From NCBI RefSeq assembly GCF_009914755.1, contig NC_060931.1: a stretch of 64,000 nt of DNA, one strand, 5' to 3'. The translations under genes and the position numbers were made by a program. Shown piece by piece: positions 57,491-64,000 of this stretch (position 1 is the stretch's first letter; every line of letters begins with the position of its first letter). The stretch comes from the human T2T-CHM13v2.0 reference genome, Homo sapiens. The notes under the pieces were generated by a model that saw only the letters and a list, made by a program, of their open reading frames with translations, made no database searches and was not told the origin of the DNA.

Positions 57491-57773
57491 GGCTGGGAGC
57501 GGTGGCTCACTCCTGTAATCCCAGCACTTTGGGAGGCCGGGGCGGGCAGATCACCTGCGGTCAGGAGTTTGAGACCAACCTGACCAATGTGGTAAAACCC
57601 CATCTCTACTAAAAATATAAAAATTAGCCAGGTGTGGTGGCAGGCCCCTGTAATCCCAACTACTCAGGAGGCTGAGGCAGAATCACTTGAACCCAGGAGG
57701 CGGTGAGCTGAGATCATGCCACTGCATTCTAGCCTGGCGACAGAGCGAAACTCCGTCTCAAAAAAAAAAAAAA
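57491..57773 (+). mobile_element. AluS downstream of DLD
   Basis: TSD agtaatttcaa. Confidence 0.88.
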
Positions 57774-57905
57774 AGTAATTTCAAAGTGAGATCTTTAGTT
57801 GTTTAGCTGAAAAGGAATGGAGAGTGTTTCTACTGTTCTAAGTAAAATACTACATAATTGCTCTAGTAGATGATGGGGTATGACCATTTTTGCTAGTTAT
57901 TGGGA

Positions 57906-59162
<1,257 letters not shown>

Positions 59163-59416
59163 TAAAAGTGACAAATTATTGCTTTGGGCCAGAGGAAAGT
59201 TATTAACTTACAGCTGTTTACATAACTGTTGTCCAGGCCCAGCTTCAGATGCAGCTGTGTTGGATGTGTGGGTGGTTGTTAAGCAGTCCACAGAATAGTC
59301 TTGCTCTAAGAATGTGTGAAAAAAACACATAGGGGCTGGCCTTTTATACAGCTAGTTAGGCAATAAAGTTGACATGGGCCTGGCAATTACTTTCGTTAGA
59401 TTAGTTGCAAAATCAC

Positions 59417-59524
59417 ATAAAATACAATACAAAAGCTGAGAAATTAGAGCATCATTCTGTGCTCTGTAGTATAAAATACAATACAAAAGCTGAGAAATTA
59501 GAGCATCATTCCGTGCTCTGTAGT
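59417..59524. repeat. 54-bp tandem duplication
   Basis: ataaaatacaatacaaaagctgagaaattagagcatcattc(t/c)gtgctctgtagt x2, one mismatch. Confidence 0.95.
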
Positions 59525-60015
59525 AGCATTGCTCAATTGGCAGGAGCAGTATCCATAAACTCTGGCCTGATTTAACTGAAACCTTCCCCTCAGTAACCCT
59601 AGTCCTTTTCTAGGTGGTAATGACTACAAACCCTAGTACATCCTGCTGATTTTCTAAAATGTTGCTTTTTCTCATTCCTAGAGCAAGGAATACTTACTTA
59701 CAGGAGTTTTGATGGCTGGAGCAACTCAGCAACCATTGAAATAGTGATGGTAGCATAGACTATATTTGTCCTCCTTAACCTCAACCTGGGAATCCCACTG
59801 GGAGGTGATTGGGAGGAGGGGAGTCAAGGGTGTGGAGTTTTGGAGGATGTTTACCTGTCAAATAAATATAATAGCTTGTTTATAGACAACATAAATTAGG
59901 GTCTTCATGGACGCAGTAAACTTGTTTATAAATCCACGTTTACAGTGAAAAAAGGGATTCATCAACAATCAGTGAAAGTAACAAGTACACCAAAATATAT
60001 ACAAAAGCACTGTAC

Positions 60016-60021
60016 TTTATT
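60016..60021 (-). terminator. LAMB1 poly(A) signal (further AATAAA at 60066 and 60134)
   Basis: TTTATT on the + strand about 130 nt past the stop, followed on the - strand by T/GT-rich sequence. Confidence 0.7.
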
Positions 60022-60147
60022 TAACTCCATACAAAATGTGATTAAAAACATTAAATAGGTGATGTTTTATTTTGAAGAGCATTAAGTCAGTTTTTAAAAT
60101 GTAGTTGTTTTACCTTGGTCACCTCAGCCATTTTTTATTCTCCTCTG

Positions 60148-60284
60148 TTACAAGCATGTGCTATACACAGCAACTTTCTGGCTTATATCCTTTAGGAGTG
60201 AACGGACTTCTCCTTCCAGTCTTGCTAATTCTTGAGCTTTATCTTCTAAGTATCTTTGATTGTCTTCATATTTTCTTTCTAAAT
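60148..60284 (-). CDS. LAMB1: LAMB1 last exon coding part ([12 protein letters not shown]...KVAVYSTCL*)
   Basis: ccacag| acceptor; TAA at 60150-60148; C-terminal YSTCL of laminin beta-1. Confidence 0.97.
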
Positions 60285-60426
60285 CTGTGGAGATATATAT
60301 ATATATAAAGTCTGAGCAATTTATACTATGATGATCTCAAGACAAAGTGAATATATTTTTCACTTTTAAATAAACTATGGATGCCTTAAAGTAATTTAAA
60401 AAATAAGCCTGTGTGAAAAGACCCAC

Positions 60427-60586
60427 CTTTGAGCAGTTGCAGCTTGCTATTTGCTTGAGCTAAAAGAGTTTTTGCTTCATTTTGTAGCATTTCGGCTTTC
60501 CTTCTGGCATCAGCTGACTCTTCAGTTTTTTTGGCAATTAAATTTTCTACTTTTTTATACTTTTCATCAAGTTCACCATCTAAAGT
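60427..60586 (-). CDS. LAMB1: LAMB1 penultimate exon (TLDGELDEKYKKVENL...SKLQLLK)
   Basis: 160 nt, ctatag| acceptor, AAG|gtgggt donor; phase consistent with neighbouring exons. Confidence 0.96.
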
Positions 60587-61447
60587 CTATAGTTCCACAT
60601 TTAGACAGAAAGAAGTGGTAATGTTAGTGTCAGTAATTACATTTAAGAGCAATAGTGTAATCATGGCATGCATTCTGGATTAAGGGCCACCAAGGATATT
60701 CACTGGTAAGTAATTTAAAATTTTATCTTCAAACAGTGGAATTGAATGCAAAATTGACCTGATTTTAAAGAACATTTCAAAAAATTCTGGAGTTGCAGCA
60801 AATCCTTAGGGCTAAGTCCTCATTCTCCTGATTATTACTTTTCTATAGAAAAGTTGTAGCATAATTGTATTGCAAATTACATAGAGAAGTGCAGATTTTT
60901 CAAAAGTAGATTAGACATTAGAGAAGCCCATATTGAAGAAGTGGAGGCTCTTTGGATCTTGACTAAATTAGGATTTGTGAAGACTTGCTTATAAGGAAAT
61001 CAGAGGAAAAAGATTAAACAAAAGATACAGGAAGGAAAGGTGAGATTGTAGCATATGCAAGAAGTGAGTGAGGAGAAGAGAAATGGGGTGTGGGGTTGGA
61101 ATGCAAATGATTCTTTTTAGAAACTGTTCAAATAGCCATTTATGGAAATTTCATTTCAAGAGATTTTGTTCCTTTCTCTTGTGATAAAATGTCATTATGC
61201 AAAATGCCCTGAAGCAGAGTACTTGAGAAATTTGTGTCCTCAGTACTGCAGGAAACCACACAAACCAAAACAGAAAAGACAGCTGTCTGATATTGTGGCA
61301 GTGAACTTTTCTCATTGTTTTGTTCTCTTTCCCAACCTAGAGAGAGGTAGGGAAAGTTACTCTTACGTAATGCCCGAAAAGCTACAGTAACTTCCAGAAA
61401 ATTTTTGAATAGTAGGGAGTTAAATACTGAAATTAGGTCAGTAAATG

Positions 61448-61732
61448 CAGGTGCCCCCAGGCCTACGGACCAGTTAGGAACTGGGTGGGCAGGCAAGTAT
61501 TATTGCCTGAGCTCCACCTTCTGTCAGATCAGTGGTGACATTAGATTCTCATAGGAGCACGAATCCTATTGGGAACTGTGCATGCAAGGGATCTAGGTTG
61601 TGCACTCCTTATGGAATCTAATGCCTGATCTGAGCTGGAACAGTTTCATCCTGAAACCATCCCCACCCCCGAGTCTGGAAAAATTGTCTTCCAGGAAACT
61701 GGTCCTTGGTGCCAAAAAAGTTGGGGACCAGT
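61448..61732. mobile_element. MER1 element in LAMB1 intron
   Basis: Reverse-oriented homolog of the element at 17011. Confidence 0.8.
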
Positions 61733-62381
61733 GATTCAATGGTTTTAAGCCCCACCCCGGCGCCACCAAGTTTTTAATGTTCTCTTTAGAAATAAGCATT
61801 ATTGAGAAACTGAACATGTGTTTCAGTTATTACATGGCTTCTGATTAAACATTTGGGTTGTGTGAGTTTTTCTCTGCAAAATATAGTGCCTTCGAATGAG
61901 AGGTGAGGGGTAGTTAATTCAAAATGAGTCTCAAAGAGATAAGATTTGGTTTCCTACTACCTGTTCTCTGTTCCAACCTGCTTGTAAAATATTCTCAAAT
62001 GGCCTGATAATTACTATATGCCATGAAGAATTTAACTGACTACCGCACAGAAATAAAAGTTCAATATGACTGGTTTTTGTCAATATAGTTGGTTTAAAAA
62101 AAAAAAAAAAAAGCCTGTTTTGAGACTTCTACCCCTAAGTTAATTCCGTTCTTCTAAACTCTTGTCCAAATTTGGATTTGAGGGCATAGGTCATACTTAT
62201 TAGATATTTCCATATTCTTTCCCATCCACACTTCTAAAGACTGCTGTTGCAAAACAGGTCATTTGATATTTCTGATGAATTCTGTTTCTGTTAGGTCCAT
62301 GTCCCTTACTCTAAGGCAGGCAAGGAGGAGACTGGTGGCTCCTTTAACAACATAGCTCTGAAATTACAAAGATTTACGTAC

Positions 62382-62558
62382 CTTCTTAACATCTTCTGCA
62401 CTTTGCTTCACAGTATATACTACTTTTTCAATATATTCTGCCTCCCCGGAGTTTTGGGCAGCTTTCCGCTTAAGTTCTTCCACATTCCTCTCTAACTCGC
62501 TGATGCGCTGGGACGCGTTGAACAAGGTTTCCTCAGAAGCTGCTGTTTCAGACTCAAT
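62382..62558 (-). CDS. LAMB1: LAMB1 antepenultimate exon (IESETAASEETLFNASQR...EDVKK), coiled-coil domain
   Basis: 177 nt on the - strand, ttttag| acceptor, AAG|gtacgt donor; matches laminin beta-1 domain I. Confidence 0.96.
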
Positions 62559-63639
62559 CTAAAAGCATGTCAATTTTCCAGCAAGACATTAGTTTAAGAA
62601 ATGGAATTACTATGAGTACAAGTTTGGAGGAAGATTTAAAAGTCTGCTGTGCCATTTTGCTCTAGACCAAAAGAAGTAATTACTAAAAAGAATATTTCAG
62701 GAAAAGTTACATGAAGTATCTAACTTTAGTCTTTGCTACATTTCATATATTCACTTCATTCTTTCAGTACTTCTGATGATCTAAGCTGAGATTGATGTAA
62801 AATTTTTTCTGACAGTAAAAAAAAACAAAAAACCCCACCTCCCCAAGGAGCATGATGTGTTGAGAAAGCATTTTAAGGACACCTGCAAACTTTGGCTAAA
62901 GAACATTCACAAATAAGCAGCTGTGCGAAGAGGGATTTCCACATAAATTTCCAACTTAATGTGAGTGGGAAAATAAATGTTAAACTCTAGTAGTGGAGAT
63001 TTCAGCTAATTACTGAAGACATGGAGACTAGGGATGTTCTTTGAATTTCTATAGAATTGTGAGATGATGTATGGTCTGGGAACGTTACAGCTGTAAACTC
63101 TAAATACACAAAGTTATTTAGGGAAAAAAAAATATCTGGGCAACTGGTGAGGATCCACATCTGATCTCCTTTCAAAGTAGAATCAATAAACATTGACTTT
63201 TAAAAGCTAGCCAAAGTAAGCAGTTGAGCCCATGACAAAAGAATCAATTTCACTGAGCACTCAATTTTTCTTTAAAATGATCTTCAAGGATGGGTCTAAT
63301 TACATAGAATTAACTGAATAACAGTACTGCTATAATGAAGTTAATAAGGGTCAGTATAAGACATAGGCTAAAATTTGTAAATATTTCAAACCTAAGGACC
63401 CTTTAATTAGAATAAAATTCTTAGAAATTATAATTCTTAGAAGATAAAGTTTGAGTGAATTGTTTCTGATAAGCTTTCATGAACACAGTTTAGTTAGAGG
63501 TTCTCTTTGTTTCTTATTGTTACTAACCTAAAACACTTCCTGCCCCCTAGGGCCCCTGAAAAACAGAACCCCAATTATTAACTTGCATCATCAAGCCACA
63601 TCTCACCTATAATTATTTTCTAATTTGCTTTTCAGAACA

Positions 63640-63812
63640 ATTTTTTTCAAGAAACAGGGTCTTGCTATATTTCCCAGGCTGGAGTGCAGTGACTGTTTGT
63701 TTACAGGCATGATCATAGTGCACTATAGTCTCAAACTCTTGGCCTTAAGTGATCCTCTCACCTCCACCTCCCAAGTGGCTGGGACTACAGGCACACACTG
63801 CTGCACCTGGCT
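63640..63812 (-). mobile_element. AluJ/FRAM monomer
   Basis: Right-arm Alu sequence. Confidence 0.8.
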
Positions 63813-64000
63813 TTCAAAACAATAATTTCTACAGTCACTGACATAATATTCACTAAAATATTAACAGCAAACTGAGAAAATGGAAAAACCTAGAGATCGA
63901 AACATCAAAATATTTATAGTCTGGTGGGAAAACATAATTTTTCTAAACTTGAACAAATAGCCTGAAGAAAAAGTCTTATTGATACTCGAAATTTAAGGAG

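Overview
Human (or very closely related great-ape) genomic DNA from 7q31. The + strand carries the complete DLD gene (dihydrolipoamide dehydrogenase, E3). Its 14 coding exons run from the ATG at 27450 to the TGA ending at 55452, all introns are GT-AG, and the spliced CDS is 1530 nt (509 aa). A CpG-island promoter precedes it and a multi-PAS 3' UTR extends to about 57.4 kb. The last three exons and 3' UTR of LAMB1 (laminin beta-1) lie convergently on the - strand at about 60.0-62.6 kb. The first 27 kb is repeat-rich intergenic DNA: many Alus (including near-pristine AluYa5 and AluYb8 with TSDs), L1/L2/MIR/MER/MLT relics, a MER9 solo LTR nested in an LTR16-like element, and an intact sense-oriented LTR12 (ERV9) solo LTR about 1.7 kb upstream of the DLD promoter. 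No prokaryote-type system, RNA gene or CRISPR array is visible, and most ORF-track entries are repeat artefacts. The most interesting hypothesis is an LTR12-driven alternative DLD transcript using a cryptic 58-nt exon whose ATGs are in frame with DLD exon 2. Repeat subfamily names are from recognition of consensus motifs and need RepeatMasker/Dfam confirmation; old-repeat boundaries are approximate.
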